Origin: Phycisphaerae bacterium
GTDB lineage: Bacteria > Planctomycetota > Phycisphaerae > Sedimentisphaerales > SM23-30
Length of the DNA: 64,000 nt
Direction: 5' to 3'
Assembly: GCA_016342495.1 (NCBI GenBank)
Contig: JAEIOG010000012.1
Span: forward strand, 2,832 to 66,831
The translations under genes and the position numbers were made by a program. The notes under the pieces were generated by a model. It searched no databases, was not told where the DNA came from, and saw nothing but the letters and a program-made list of their open reading frames with translations. Shown here piece by piece: positions 7,398 to 17,228 of this stretch; within the stretch, counting starts at the first letter, position 1, and each line of letters starts with the position of its first letter.

Positions 7398-8444
7398 CTA
7401 GCCTGTTACACCCCGAAGACCTTCAATAGCATCAGATAATATTTTTTCCCCTGACATATCGCCTGCTTCAGTTACAAACTCTATTTTCTTTCCGATAACC
7501 AAATCAACCTCATCTATTCCAGGGGTGTCTGGTTGATTATGGATATCCTCTCTATACTTCTTCTCTTGTAGCTCGTGCCTCATATTTTCTTCCAAAAGCT
7601 CTTGGTTTCGTTTTGCTAAGCAATCGATCTCTTCTTGTAACTCTTCTACATCTGGACTATGCTCGATAAGTTCTTTGACCTGCACATTCAGTTTATCGAT
7701 TGTAGATTTGGCTTCTTTTAATTTCTGCTTCAGATCCTTAATTTCCTCATCTTTCTGAGTCAGTTTAACAGGGAATATCTCCTTACCTTTAATAATCTGC
7801 TCAATTTCCTTGATGGTCTTTGGTCCCATCACCCCTTCCATATAATAGAATGGGTTCTGCTCTCCCATAACAAAGAGATTCGGTGTTTTCTTTTTCTGAT
7901 AGATTTTGATCCAGTCATATTTATGCAGGATTTTATTCATATTAGCAATTTTCTCCTTGTAGGCAGTTCTTTTTGTTTTGGCTTTATATTCTTTTTGGAA
8001 TCCCTCGCAAGTGTAATAGTTTCTGGCATCAGATGAATAACCTCCACCAGCAAAAACCTTTTTTGTTATACGGAACAGGTAATATTGCAATTCATCAGCT
8101 GTTATACGCTTTTTGCTTATTCCTTGCATAAATGCAAGATCATCTTCTGTAAGTTTATCCTGAATAAAGCGGAAACAGTTTAAGTTAATGCCAGTGACAG
8201 CCTTTATATCACCATCCATGTTTTCACTTATTTTCTTCAAAACCATATTGAAAGTTGTTTTACAGAAATCGACTGTCTCTTTTTGAAGCAAATCAGAAAT
8301 CCTTTGATCCGAAACATTTAACTGTCTGTACGTTATAATTGCATGATGGTATTGTTTCGTTTTATCATTGAAGGATTTCAGAGATGATATTTTTTCAAGC
8401 ACCTGTTTCTTTATCTGATTTGACAAATTTGATTTTAATTTCAT
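7398..8444 (-). CDS. Hypothetical protein with C-terminal coiled coil; candidate initiator/DNA-binding protein for the adjacent iteron region
   Basis: 348 aa. Heptad-rich region KDEEIKDLKQKLKEAKSTIDKLNVQVKELIE...EELQEEIDCLAKRNQELLEE. The gene starts about 100 bp from the GTAGAC repeats. The function call rests on position only. Confidence 0.5.
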   Translation of the reverse strand: MKLKSNLSNQIKKQVLEKISSLKSFNDKTKQYHHAIITYRQLNVSDQRISDLLQKETVDFCKTTFNMVLKKISENMDGDIKAVTGINLNCFRFIQDKLTEDDLAFMQGISKKRITADELQYYLFRITKKVFAGGGYSSDARNYYTCEGFQKEYKAKTKRTAYKEKIANMNKILHKYDWIKIYQKKKTPNLFVMGEQNPFYYMEGVMGPKTIKEIEQIIKGKEIFPVKLTQKDEEIKDLKQKLKEAKSTIDKLNVQVKELIEHSPDVEELQEEIDCLAKRNQELLEENMRHELQEKKYREDIHNQPDTPGIDEVDLVIGKKIEFVTEAGDMSGEKILSDAIEGLRGVTG

Positions 8445-8545
8445 TTTGATTTCTCCGTTTATATTTCAAGGTTTTTAACCCTTTTGTTATCAATTCCATA
8501 TTTTACGGAATTATCCTGTTTATATTTATACATCGATCAAAAATA

Positions 8546-8698
8546 CTAGAGTAGACTAATAGAGTAGACCAAGAATCCTCGTTTTTAGTTCAATAATCAA
8601 GATTTCATGTTTCAAAGCAGTAAAAACTATTTTTCAGTTTCAACAGTAGACTAATAGTAGACTAAAAAACATATCTAGAGTAGACCAGTAGAGTAGAC
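8546..8698. repeat. Iteron-like direct repeats: six copies of AGTAGAC in three pairs
   Basis: Core AGTAGAC at 8550-8556, 8563-8569, 8645-8651, 8656-8662, 8679-8685 and 8692-8698. Spacing within pairs is 13, 11 and 13 bp. Confidence 0.75.
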
Positions 8699-8831
8699 AC
8701 AACTATTAATACTATTACTACCATTGATTAACTGTTAGGGAATTCAGTTTTGGCTTTTTAATTCAATACCTTAAATATGAATAATACAATGAATTAATCT
8801 ATTATTAAAGTTTCTGTTAAAATTATGGGAC

Positions 8832-8853
8832 AAGAATACCCTTGGGTATTCTT
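8832..8853. repeat. Perfect inverted repeat, 10-bp arms (AAGAATACCC tt GGGTATTCTT)
   Basis: aagaataccc (8832-8841), tt, gggtattctt (8844-8853). Confidence 0.8.
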
Positions 8854-8918
8854 TCCCTTTAGGATCAATGTTCAAAATAATTATTTTTCTGCAATATAAT
8901 GACACAAAATTGAAACTA

Positions 8919-9023
8919 TTCCGCTACAACCTATGAATAATAAATTAATATGATTTCCGCTGAATTATAAAATAAAATGTTATTCCGCTTTTCCATGAAC
9001 TATATTTGAGTTATTGTTCCGCT
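8919..9023. repeat. Four direct copies of TTCCGCT within 105 bp
   Basis: TTCCGCT at 8919-8925, 8955-8961, 8983-8989 and 9017-9023, each preceded by an A/T-rich context. Confidence 0.65.
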
Positions 9024-9026
9024 TTT

Positions 9027-9365
9027 TTACCGACCAGTAATTTTTTCATATACAGTTTGATTTGTACTTGAGCTGTTCCAGCTTTTTAGAAATTCACGTC
9101 TTTTTCTACCGGAACCTTTATATTGACAACCAGCAAGATGTACTTCAAGTTCTGAATAGATGGCTTTTATTTTGTCTTGATTATAGACAAGATTTCCTTC
9201 AAAATCACAATCACATGTTGGACATAATAAACATAATTCTTTAATTGATTTGAGTACATCACTGAGCTTCTGCTTTATTTGAACATCATTCATATGAGCT
9301 GTTTTGATTGGTGTGTTCCTCAAACTTGTTTGCCGACTAATTTCTGATGATAATTCATTTTTCAT
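9027..9365 (-). CDS. Hypothetical protein
   Basis: 112-aa ORF overlapping the upstream gene by 11 nt, which suggests an operon. Confidence 0.5.
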   Translation of the reverse strand: MKNELSSEISRQTSLRNTPIKTAHMNDVQIKQKLSDVLKSIKELCLLCPTCDCDFEGNLVYNQDKIKAIYSELEVHLAGCQYKGSGRKRREFLKSWNSSSTNQTVYEKITGR

Positions 9366-9687
9366 CTTCTTCTCCTTCGATTAGGTATTGTTCTTCTATA
9401 TACTCATCAAACTCCCTTTGCTGTTCTATCAACAACTCTGGGATCTCAGACAAAAACCATTTAAGTTCTGCCTCTGTTGCTAACCATTCTCCAGCATGAT
9501 ATACTGGGTGTCCACAGACTTGGCAAGCATAACCACATCCCACTGGCATCTCGTCATCAAAATCAATATCTGGTTCGCTGTAATTAATATTATCATCTGT
9601 GTCGATATTGGCTGGCATAGTGCTTTTTACATATTTTTGGTAGCTGAGTTGATGGCTACCGCATTTTTTACATTGAAAATTTCTCAT
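9355..9687 (-). CDS. Zinc-ribbon protein with acidic C-terminus
   Basis: 110 aa. Two CxxC pairs (CKKCGSH ... CQVCGHP). Confidence 0.55.
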   Translation of the reverse strand: MRNFQCKKCGSHQLSYQKYVKSTMPANIDTDDNINYSEPDIDFDDEMPVGCGYACQVCGHPVYHAGEWLATEAELKWFLSEIPELLIEQQREFDEYIEEQYLIEGEEDEK

Positions 9688-10036
9688 AATCTTCTCCTTA
9701 AAATAAAATTATTATAAATATTTACACAACAACAAAACAATTACTGTTGCTTCAGTAAATATGATATACAAAACCGTTTCACTTCCGGAATGAATTCAAA
9801 AAAATAATTTATCCGACAAAAAATCTCTGCTGAAAACTAGAAAAGCCACCAAGCGGTGACCTGATGGCTTTAGTTGAGCAACAACAAGCGGAAGGTAAAG
9901 TCTGTCTGAATTAGACAAAGCTTGGCTGCTAAAAATATCAGAATCCGAACTAGACTTTCTTGCTATTTTCTGTTCTAATACTGGGGTCTGAGTCACTCGA
10001 ATCATTGACTTTGTACTCTAATGCAAGGATTCTATT

Positions 10037-11917
10037 ATGAATATCTGGTCTATTTTACTTAAAAATCTGGCTAACCCAACAGGACCATGCGGAATACTAT
10101 CTCCTACCTTGGTTTTTACAATTAACAGAAACCTCACACTAGCCATTCCCACCGAAACAGATACCCTTATCAATGATTACATAGAAAGTAATGATTTAGC
10201 TTACATTTACGCCCTACATAGATCCGCATCAAGGGTTATCGAAGAAGCTTGTTGCAAGATAGTGTTTGACAATTATAGTTCTGAGAAGGATTTTTTGGGA
10301 ATCATCGTAGAAAATCTTGAATATTTCCCTGAGATTACAAATTTGGTTGATTTTCATGTGCTTGCTAATGATTTATATCAAGTTGCAGAGGCATCCTGTT
10401 GGTGCGATGAGGATTTCGACATACCCCACAACATGCATATATTGGGATTAATTGCATACGCAATACAGGAAAAAATTGAAACAAGTGATTTTTCTCAATC
10501 TGATATAGCTGACGCTTTCCTGCACTCTCTCGCCATAGGAAACCCCGAGCACTATGACTCTGAAGCTATTGTCTACATGCTAAGTAGAAAAACTGACTGT
10601 GAAGATGCAGTTGATAAATGGATACCTTATTTACAGAAAATGGCTATTAAGTTCCAAGAGTATAGCCCAGAACAGTTTTCAAACTATAAAACGGCAGCAG
10701 AAATTATGCGGATAGCCCAATATGCAGAAATAGGAAATGTCCCAAATCTCATCGAACTGATTTGCGAGACAATAGTGATTTCACCGCCACCTGCACTTAC
10801 TCCCGATGAAAGCGAAAGCATAAATAAATGTTTCGCTACCCCTTTTCCGCTTTTCAGGTCTGACTTTGCACTTAATCATCTGAGACAAAAACTATCAGAT
10901 TATTTAATTAAAGCCCAAGCTTGGCTCGAACACGCCCTGATTAATCAAAGCTACTCTAATTGGAATGGTGATGCGGAAACACTCAAATTGGCTATAACTG
11001 CCGTATCTTCCAGCTTCATATTTGGCTGCCATCGACTAGGCGGAAATGGCTTTGATGAGAAAATTAAAAATGCGGCGATTAAACACTTGATAACCGTCCA
11101 ACACCCATCTGCCTCGTGGTGGACTCACGATTCTTGGTTAAAATATTTTGCTATTGAAATAACAGCAATATCTATTCATGCATTACATAGTTCACAACCG
11201 TTTGGATGGACAACAGCATGCAGACGAGCAAGCAAGTGGCTGCTTAGCGAACAAGATGCTTATGGTCAATGGTACGAAATTGCCCCAAATCTATCCGCAT
11301 ACCTTACGGTCCTTGTCCTTGACGCTCTTGAATTGGCTAAAGATGGTACACAAGTCACATTTAAACTTCCTGATCCAGCATCTGATTCCGAAGATGAAAA
11401 TACATCTCAATCAGACAGCAACAAAACCACTAATAAGCCCAGCAAAAAACAAAAACCTGCAACCGTAACCAAAAAGTCCAGGAAACCTCTTGTAAAACCA
11501 GACTACCTAAATGATGCAGTGTTTCTAATACATTCGGATAGAAACATATCATTCGTACAAAAAAACAATAGTAAACGCCTTAATTTTGGTCACAAAGGCA
11601 GAGCTTATAAGCTCCTTCTTTTGATGGCTGCCAAACAATCTCCTACGAGCAAAGAGGTTAAGGATCTTGTGTGCACTGCGGGGACCAAACCAAATCAAGC
11701 CGTCAGAGACATAAATAACTCAATCAGCAAGAAGATAAGAGCCGCAGGATTTTCTAACGTTAAGCTTAACACGGAGTTTATTTCTTATTGTCAGGATTTT
11801 GGATGCTATAATTCGCTCATCCCTGTCAAGTCCATTGACGACTACGATAGAGAATATCTCAAAGACAGTGAAGAAATTATTAATGACGCATATGGGAACA
11901 CTAGCTGGGATAACTAA
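10037..11917 (+). CDS. Large protein with prenyltransferase/squalene-cyclase-type alpha/alpha-toroid (QW) repeats, a Ser/Lys-rich linker and a possible winged-helix C-terminal domain
   Basis: 626 aa. QW-like repeats AIKHLITVQHPSASWW and ASKWLLSEQDAYGQWYE. Linker DSEDENTSQSDSNKTTNKPSKKQKPATVTKKSRKP. Tail GHKGRAYKLLLLMAAKQSPTSKEVKDLV. No signal peptide. Confidence 0.45.
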   Translation: MNIWSILLKNLANPTGPCGILSPTLVFTINRNLTLAIPTETDTLINDYIESNDLAYIYALHRSASRVIEEACCKIVFDNYSSEKDFLGIIVENLEYFPEITNLVDFHVLANDLYQVAEASCWCDEDFDIPHNMHILGLIAYAIQEKIETSDFSQSDIADAFLHSLAIGNPEHYDSEAIVYMLSRKTDCEDAVDKWIPYLQKMAIKFQEYSPEQFSNYKTAAEIMRIAQYAEIGNVPNLIELICETIVISPPPALTPDESESINKCFATPFPLFRSDFALNHLRQKLSDYLIKAQAWLEHALINQSYSNWNGDAETLKLAITAVSSSFIFGCHRLGGNGFDEKIKNAAIKHLITVQHPSASWWTHDSWLKYFAIEITAISIHALHSSQPFGWTTACRRASKWLLSEQDAYGQWYEIAPNLSAYLTVLVLDALELAKDGTQVTFKLPDPASDSEDENTSQSDSNKTTNKPSKKQKPATVTKKSRKPLVKPDYLNDAVFLIHSDRNISFVQKNNSKRLNFGHKGRAYKLLLLMAAKQSPTSKEVKDLVCTAGTKPNQAVRDINNSISKKIRAAGFSNVKLNTEFISYCQDFGCYNSLIPVKSIDDYDREYLKDSEEIINDAYGNTSWDN

Positions 11918-12177
11918 ATAGACAGCCTACCTAATACTCCATCATTTCCAACCCTTACCTCCCCCTCCATGATTACTGTACCTCCCTAGGGCGTGAAGCG
12001 GTAATAAAAAAATATATATTCCTAAACATAGACCATATAAGCACTTACACGCCTACAGATATATTTTTTAACTTTAATTACGCTTTACCACCCATATTTA
12101 CCACCCCTTTTAGCAATTTTAGAGCGTTCGCATTGGCAAACGCAAAATCGTTAAACCTTATATTAGGGGACAAATCA

Positions 12178-13746
12178 ATGGAAAATCAAATTAAATCAAA
12201 TCAGACTGGAACAGCAAATGCAGTTGAACTAGAAATAATAACATCAAAAAAGGCATTGCTCAAGCCATTAGACAAGGCTGAATGCGTATTCAGATCTGAC
12301 CCTGAATACAGGGATCACCTTCCCGTTATGCCAGAGGATACATTTGAAGCACTTGAAGCAACTATTAAAAGAGATGGCTTCATAAAAGATTCGCTGGTAA
12401 TTCATCACGGCAAACTACTAGATGGCTATGCTCGTTTTGATATAGCAACTAAATACTCTCTGGATTATTCGGTTGTCGAACTTGATGTCGAAACCATGGA
12501 AGAAGCTCTTATATGGCTTACCGAAACCCATTGTTCAAGAAGAAATCTATCTAAATTTAGCATTATCGAGATGTTTCTTAAACTCAAACCTTACTACGAA
12601 GCACTCGCAAAAAGAAATCTTGGCAGAAAAAAAGAAGGCTGTTCAGACAATGAACAAGATTTCCAGCCAATCAATACGCTTCAAAAGATAGCGGACAAAG
12701 CTGATAGCAGCAGAACAACTGCATATATGGTTGAGAAAATATTAGAAGACCCCATAGTTGCCCAGCAATGCAGAGGAGGCACAAAGAGTATAAGTCAGGG
12801 GTATTTTGCAGTCAAAGACAATAAAGATGATGACAATAAGATGATACCAGTTGAATTCACTAATCCCCAGAAGGATTTTATTAATACAACCATCAATGGT
12901 GAAGTCATTGATATCATGAAGCAGATTAATGTTGAATTGGCTGGTCGGGTTAGTTGCATTCTAACATCTCCTCCATATAACTGCCTAGACAATAAATATG
13001 GGATTGATATGGATGGTAATTCAATCAATGACAACAAAGATTATTACGATGAATATCTACCCTGGCTTGGAGAATGTATTGTTGAGTTCACAAAAGCATT
13101 GCGACCAGGTGGAAGAATGATATTCAATATCGATGCTATTCGACATCAACTAAAAACAAAAGGCGATAGCTTTCGGCACACGATTTACCCAGACCTCATC
13201 AACCTTGTCAAAAAAGTTGCTCCTGAGCTTCGATTCTATCACGAAATCATCTGGCATAAGACTAATCCTAAAATACGGCAGTTTACAGGGACCAGATATT
13301 CATGTAAAACACCACAGCTAAATAGATCCCATGAATATATCCTCGTCTGGTCCAAATCTAAAGACAGTTTCGAGCTTCCCAATCTAAATAATGCTCCTAC
13401 GGATATTGATTCTGAAGAATGGGCAGAACTAACTTCATCTGTATGGAATATTCCATCAGATAGAACATCTAAAAAATATCCTCATCCAGCTAAGATGAAT
13501 CCAAAGATTGCTGAACGTCTAATTAAGCTATATTCATATGCAGATAGTTCAAATATTATTTTGGATCCATTTTGTGGATCGGGCACCTCAGTTGCTAAGG
13601 CTGAGGAAATGGGTAGAAGCCATATTTCAATTGACCTTAATCCTAACTTCTGCGACATGACCCAACGCCGAATCGCCGAGGTAATTGCTGAAAAAAATAA
13701 AGCAGCGACCGACACAGATTCTGGTGCCGAATATTGCAATCTCTAA
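12178..13746 (+). CDS. ParB-like nuclease-domain / beta-class N4- or N6-DNA methyltransferase fusion
   Basis: The track ORF starts at an alternative start codon (TTG) at 12133. The ATG at 12178 has an upstream AGGGGA. ParB-N pattern LVIHHGKLLDGYARFDIA. MTase motif IV ILTSPPYN comes before motif I LDPFCGSGTS, which is the beta-class order. Confidence 0.8.
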   Translation: MENQIKSNQTGTANAVELEIITSKKALLKPLDKAECVFRSDPEYRDHLPVMPEDTFEALEATIKRDGFIKDSLVIHHGKLLDGYARFDIATKYSLDYSVVELDVETMEEALIWLTETHCSRRNLSKFSIIEMFLKLKPYYEALAKRNLGRKKEGCSDNEQDFQPINTLQKIADKADSSRTTAYMVEKILEDPIVAQQCRGGTKSISQGYFAVKDNKDDDNKMIPVEFTNPQKDFINTTINGEVIDIMKQINVELAGRVSCILTSPPYNCLDNKYGIDMDGNSINDNKDYYDEYLPWLGECIVEFTKALRPGGRMIFNIDAIRHQLKTKGDSFRHTIYPDLINLVKKVAPELRFYHEIIWHKTNPKIRQFTGTRYSCKTPQLNRSHEYILVWSKSKDSFELPNLNNAPTDIDSEEWAELTSSVWNIPSDRTSKKYPHPAKMNPKIAERLIKLYSYADSSNIILDPFCGSGTSVAKAEEMGRSHISIDLNPNFCDMTQRRIAEVIAEKNKAATDTDSGAEYCNL

Positions 13747-13820
13747 TAAACATATTTATTAACAAAAATAATTGAGCGGGCGGAACTCATTCCGTCCGTA
13801 TTAATCTGAAGGATATTGTT

Positions 13821-15044
13821 ATGAAAATCAATAAAAAATATATTAAAACACTCAACACAGCATTACTAATCAACGGCGATACACTTAATGAACTTCCCAA
13901 AATGGAATCAAACATAATAGATAGTTGTCTGATTGACCCTCCTTATGGAATAGGATTTCTTGGCAAGGAATGGGATAATTTTTCACCTAAAGCTATTGAG
14001 GAAAAAGTTTTTCACCACCAAAAGATTGACAATAAGAAGCAGTCTGGGCGATCTTCTTCAATGCATGCTGGATCATACGATCTAAGCCTGGCTGGAGCAA
14101 GAGGTTTTCAGGATTGGTGTTTTCTTTGGGCAAAAGAATTAATTCGAGTCATCAAACCAGGTGGACACGTTTTATGTTTTTGTTCAACCAGAATGTATCA
14201 TCGATTGACTGTGGCTCTTGAAGAAGCAGGCTTTGAAATCCGAGATACACTTTCTTGGAATTTTGGATCAGGTTTTCCAAAAAGCAAGAATGTTGCTTTA
14301 GTGATTGATAAAATAATGGGATGCCCCAATCGAGGACACGCCATAGCAACAGCAAGTACATATCAAGTTTCAACAGGTAAGCCACTTCCTCCAGGCGAAG
14401 ACCTTCCTCGATATGAATCTAAAACGAAAGAAAGTAAAGGATGGAACGATTTTGGCACAGCTTTAAAACCTGCTATGGAATTAATTTGTTTAGCAAGAAA
14501 ACCATTAAACGAAAAAACCGTTGCAAAAAATATCCTTAAATGGGGTACTGGTAGTCTTAACATTGATGGATGTCGCATTAAAGATGAATCATCTAAAGAA
14601 CTTCAAGGTCGCTGGCCAGCTAATACTATTTTTGATGAGGAAGCTGGAAAAGTTCTTGATTTACAAAGCAAGACAAATCCTTCACGATTTTTCTATTGCC
14701 CAAAACCAAATAATAAAGAAAAGAATGCTGGCTTGGAAGGAATGCCAAAAGTAAGAAGAGATTTACGCGACGAGAAAGCAACAGGAGTAATGTCGAAAAA
14801 AAGCGTTCAGCCTCAACAGAATTCTCATCCTACAATTAAACCTGTCACTCTGCTTAGATACCTGGTTCGGCTGATAACCCCACCAAATGGAGTTGTTCTA
14901 GATTGCTTTATGGGATCAGGAACTTGCGGCATTGCAACCTATCTGGAAGGCTTCAAATACATAGGAATTGAACTTGAAAAAGAATATTATGAAATCGCAA
15001 AAAAACGTATTCAACATTACATTAATAACAAAAAAATAGCATAG
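13821..15044 (+). CDS. Beta-class N4/N6 DNA methyltransferase (orphan type)
   Basis: 407 aa. Motif IV CLIDPPYG, motif I LDCFMGSGTCG. GRWPAN segment typical of phage/plasmid orphan MTases. Confidence 0.8.
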   Translation: MKINKKYIKTLNTALLINGDTLNELPKMESNIIDSCLIDPPYGIGFLGKEWDNFSPKAIEEKVFHHQKIDNKKQSGRSSSMHAGSYDLSLAGARGFQDWCFLWAKELIRVIKPGGHVLCFCSTRMYHRLTVALEEAGFEIRDTLSWNFGSGFPKSKNVALVIDKIMGCPNRGHAIATASTYQVSTGKPLPPGEDLPRYESKTKESKGWNDFGTALKPAMELICLARKPLNEKTVAKNILKWGTGSLNIDGCRIKDESSKELQGRWPANTIFDEEAGKVLDLQSKTNPSRFFYCPKPNNKEKNAGLEGMPKVRRDLRDEKATGVMSKKSVQPQQNSHPTIKPVTLLRYLVRLITPPNGVVLDCFMGSGTCGIATYLEGFKYIGIELEKEYYEIAKKRIQHYINNKKIA

Positions 15045-15153
15045 AAAAAGTTTCGCTAAAATGCATATTAGAAATGAGGTGACATATGACTTAAATTATT
15101 TACAAGTCCAATCGTATCATAGTATGAAATAGTAATTTTATAAGGACATCATT

Positions 15154-15717
15154 ATGAGTAATAATAAAACAAAAAAACGCCTACAAAAAAAGATCAGGCG
15201 TCAACGTAATTATCTAAAAAGTAAAAACTCCAATTTTAAAAAGGATAATGTTATGGAATCGCCATTTATCATGGTTGAAAACAATGTGACAGATCTCATA
15301 GGATCTAATTATTGGGAAACAGAATTAGCAAAAAAAGGTTTTTTCTATCTGTCAATAAATGCAGGTGCATTCAGACTATTGGTCCCTAAAAAAATGATGC
15401 ATTTAATCCCAGAGTTTAAAACGGGAGAGTATTGTATAATTTCAAAAGGACCATCTATGGAATCTATACACCCATTTGCTTTAGAACTACTTTTTGAAGA
15501 TCACACTTCATGTCCGTATCAACTTAATTTATGTGCAGGACAGGTAGATAGAAATCCATCGAAAACCGATGTAAACAAAAAACATAAACTCTCTATATGG
15601 ACTGAAGGATGCAACAAGGTGTTAGAGATGGATGCCTATTTTCGTACAGTTGGCAAACTACCGTATATGAAACCACTTGACAAAAACTTAAAGAAAGGAC
15701 AGTTAAACAATGAATAA
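15154..15717 (+). CDS. Hypothetical protein with a polybasic N-terminal tail
   Basis: 187 aa. N-terminus is MSNNKTKKRLQKKIRRQRNYLKSKNSNFKK. Overlaps the next gene by 8 nt. Confidence 0.55.
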   Translation: MSNNKTKKRLQKKIRRQRNYLKSKNSNFKKDNVMESPFIMVENNVTDLIGSNYWETELAKKGFFYLSINAGAFRLLVPKKMMHLIPEFKTGEYCIISKGPSMESIHPFALELLFEDHTSCPYQLNLCAGQVDRNPSKTDVNKKHKLSIWTEGCNKVLEMDAYFRTVGKLPYMKPLDKNLKKGQLNNE

Positions 15718-16459
15718 TAAAAGAGCCAACCGCAAAAACAGGAAATTCAAAAAAAATCGTATTAGAAATGCAAGATTGTCAGATTGGATTGAACCTGAAA
15801 GTAAAGACTGTGTTATTTATGTAGGAAGCAATTCTAAGGGTGATGTAGCAAATAGTAATATTATTAAAAAGCAGATAGAATTCCTGGAATCAAAGAAAAG
15901 TAGCCTTTGGAGAAATGGGAAATTGATTGAAATAAGTGACATTATGATTGCCGCACGTGAGCCAATCTCCTTGGAACAACATAGGGCAGAATATACAGCA
16001 AGTGTGATTCCTCAACTAAGCTCTGATGGCATACACCCTGAGGTTCTTAAGAATAATCTTCAGGAACTATATTTACAAGAGATAAACAAAATTCCTCTTT
16101 TTGAACATATCCGTTTAGACAGAAAAATGAGGAAAGATAAGAATACATCCATGGCAGATCGTCCCCCTTTTGCAGTAGTAACTATAAAAGACGAATGTAT
16201 TGTAAGGCTGGAATTCTACAAAGGACATGACAATCTATATAAACATTTAGACTTAAGATGCCCTACATTTTCTGAGAAAAAAATACCGGATACTTTCGTT
16301 GATGAAAATGGTTATGATGTCATTGAAAATGAATACTGGACCGCACTTCTATTTGGTATCAAAGTTAAAGACTTTAAAAACATAGTAGACTACGCTCACG
16401 AAGCATTGCTGTGTGATTACTGTAAATTTTCGTTTGAAGATCATTCGATACAAGGTTAA
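15710..16459 (+). CDS. Hypothetical protein with a polybasic N-terminal tail
   Basis: 249 aa. N-terminus is MNNKRANRKNRKFKKNRIRNAR. The start overlaps the previous stop. Confidence 0.55.
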   Translation: MNNKRANRKNRKFKKNRIRNARLSDWIEPESKDCVIYVGSNSKGDVANSNIIKKQIEFLESKKSSLWRNGKLIEISDIMIAAREPISLEQHRAEYTASVIPQLSSDGIHPEVLKNNLQELYLQEINKIPLFEHIRLDRKMRKDKNTSMADRPPFAVVTIKDECIVRLEFYKGHDNLYKHLDLRCPTFSEKKIPDTFVDENGYDVIENEYWTALLFGIKVKDFKNIVDYAHEALLCDYCKFSFEDHSIQG

Positions 16460-16498
16460 TCATGTAGTATATTTGAATACCTAAAGCAACTGAAGTTC

Positions 16499-16522
16499 AG
16501 TGGTGGCCACCACTTTTGTTTG
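16499..16522 (+). terminator. Intrinsic terminator
   Basis: Perfect 16-bp palindrome agtggtggccaccact (16499-16514) followed by tttgtttg. Confidence 0.6.
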
Positions 16523-16755
16523 AAAACAATACATATTTAATACTGAAAATCTTAAAATTGAAGCTGATCTGTTGCCGAAGTGTTATTCAGGATATTTTAG
16601 TTAAGATAACATTAGTAATGTAAGTGCCATAAAAACAAACACTTAGATTTTTAATATTTTTCCAAAATTACATATTACACATTAACTTAATTTAGCTTAT
16701 AATAGACAATGTACAGAATATTTGGTATTAATTAACTCATGTGGAGGTATGAATT

Positions 16756-17193
16756 ATGGGTTGGACGCATTACTGGAAACGTGACATTAATCTGCCTGAA
16801 GAACCGTTTGAAATGGCAGTTAAGGACTGTAAAAAAGTATTCGATTCATTAGAAATTGAATTGGCAGGATCTTTGGGGCATGGCGATTGTGTCTATGATT
16901 CAGATGAATTGCTTTTCAATGGAGTTGCTGGGGTATGTTGTGAAGATTTTATGATCAAAAAAACACAAATGCCAAAACGTGAGGGGAGGGACTACGTCTC
17001 TTCATTTTGCAAGACCGAACATATGCCTTATGACATCTGTGTCCAAATAGCACTAATCATTCTCAAACATCACCTTGGAGATACTATGTCAGTGTACAGT
17101 GATGGTAAAGAGTCTGATTGGGACAACTCTCGTAAATTATGTCAGGAAAATCTTGGCTACGGAGAAGATTTCAAATTGGACATCGCTGATTAA
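16756..17193 (+). CDS. Hypothetical protein
   Basis: 145 aa, MGWTHYWKRD... GGAGG RBS (tgtggaggtatgaattATG). Confidence 0.55.
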   Translation: MGWTHYWKRDINLPEEPFEMAVKDCKKVFDSLEIELAGSLGHGDCVYDSDELLFNGVAGVCCEDFMIKKTQMPKREGRDYVSSFCKTEHMPYDICVQIALIILKHHLGDTMSVYSDGKESDWDNSRKLCQENLGYGEDFKLDIAD

Positions 17194-17228
17194 TCTAAAG
17201 ACAATAGTCTACAATTTCAGAGGATAAA

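Noticed and set aside
8546-8698. Considered whether the clustered short repeats could be a CRISPR array.
   Set aside because: The repeat unit is only about 7-10 bp, arranged as pairs with 11-13 bp spacing and one gap of about 75 bp. There are no regular 25-40 bp repeats or spacers and no cas genes nearby. An iteron/origin interpretation fits better.
9796-10005. 69-aa minus-strand ORF in the intergenic region upstream of the 10037 gene.
   Set aside because: It has no RBS, a low-complexity Ser-rich product, and sits where the promoter of 10037 is expected.
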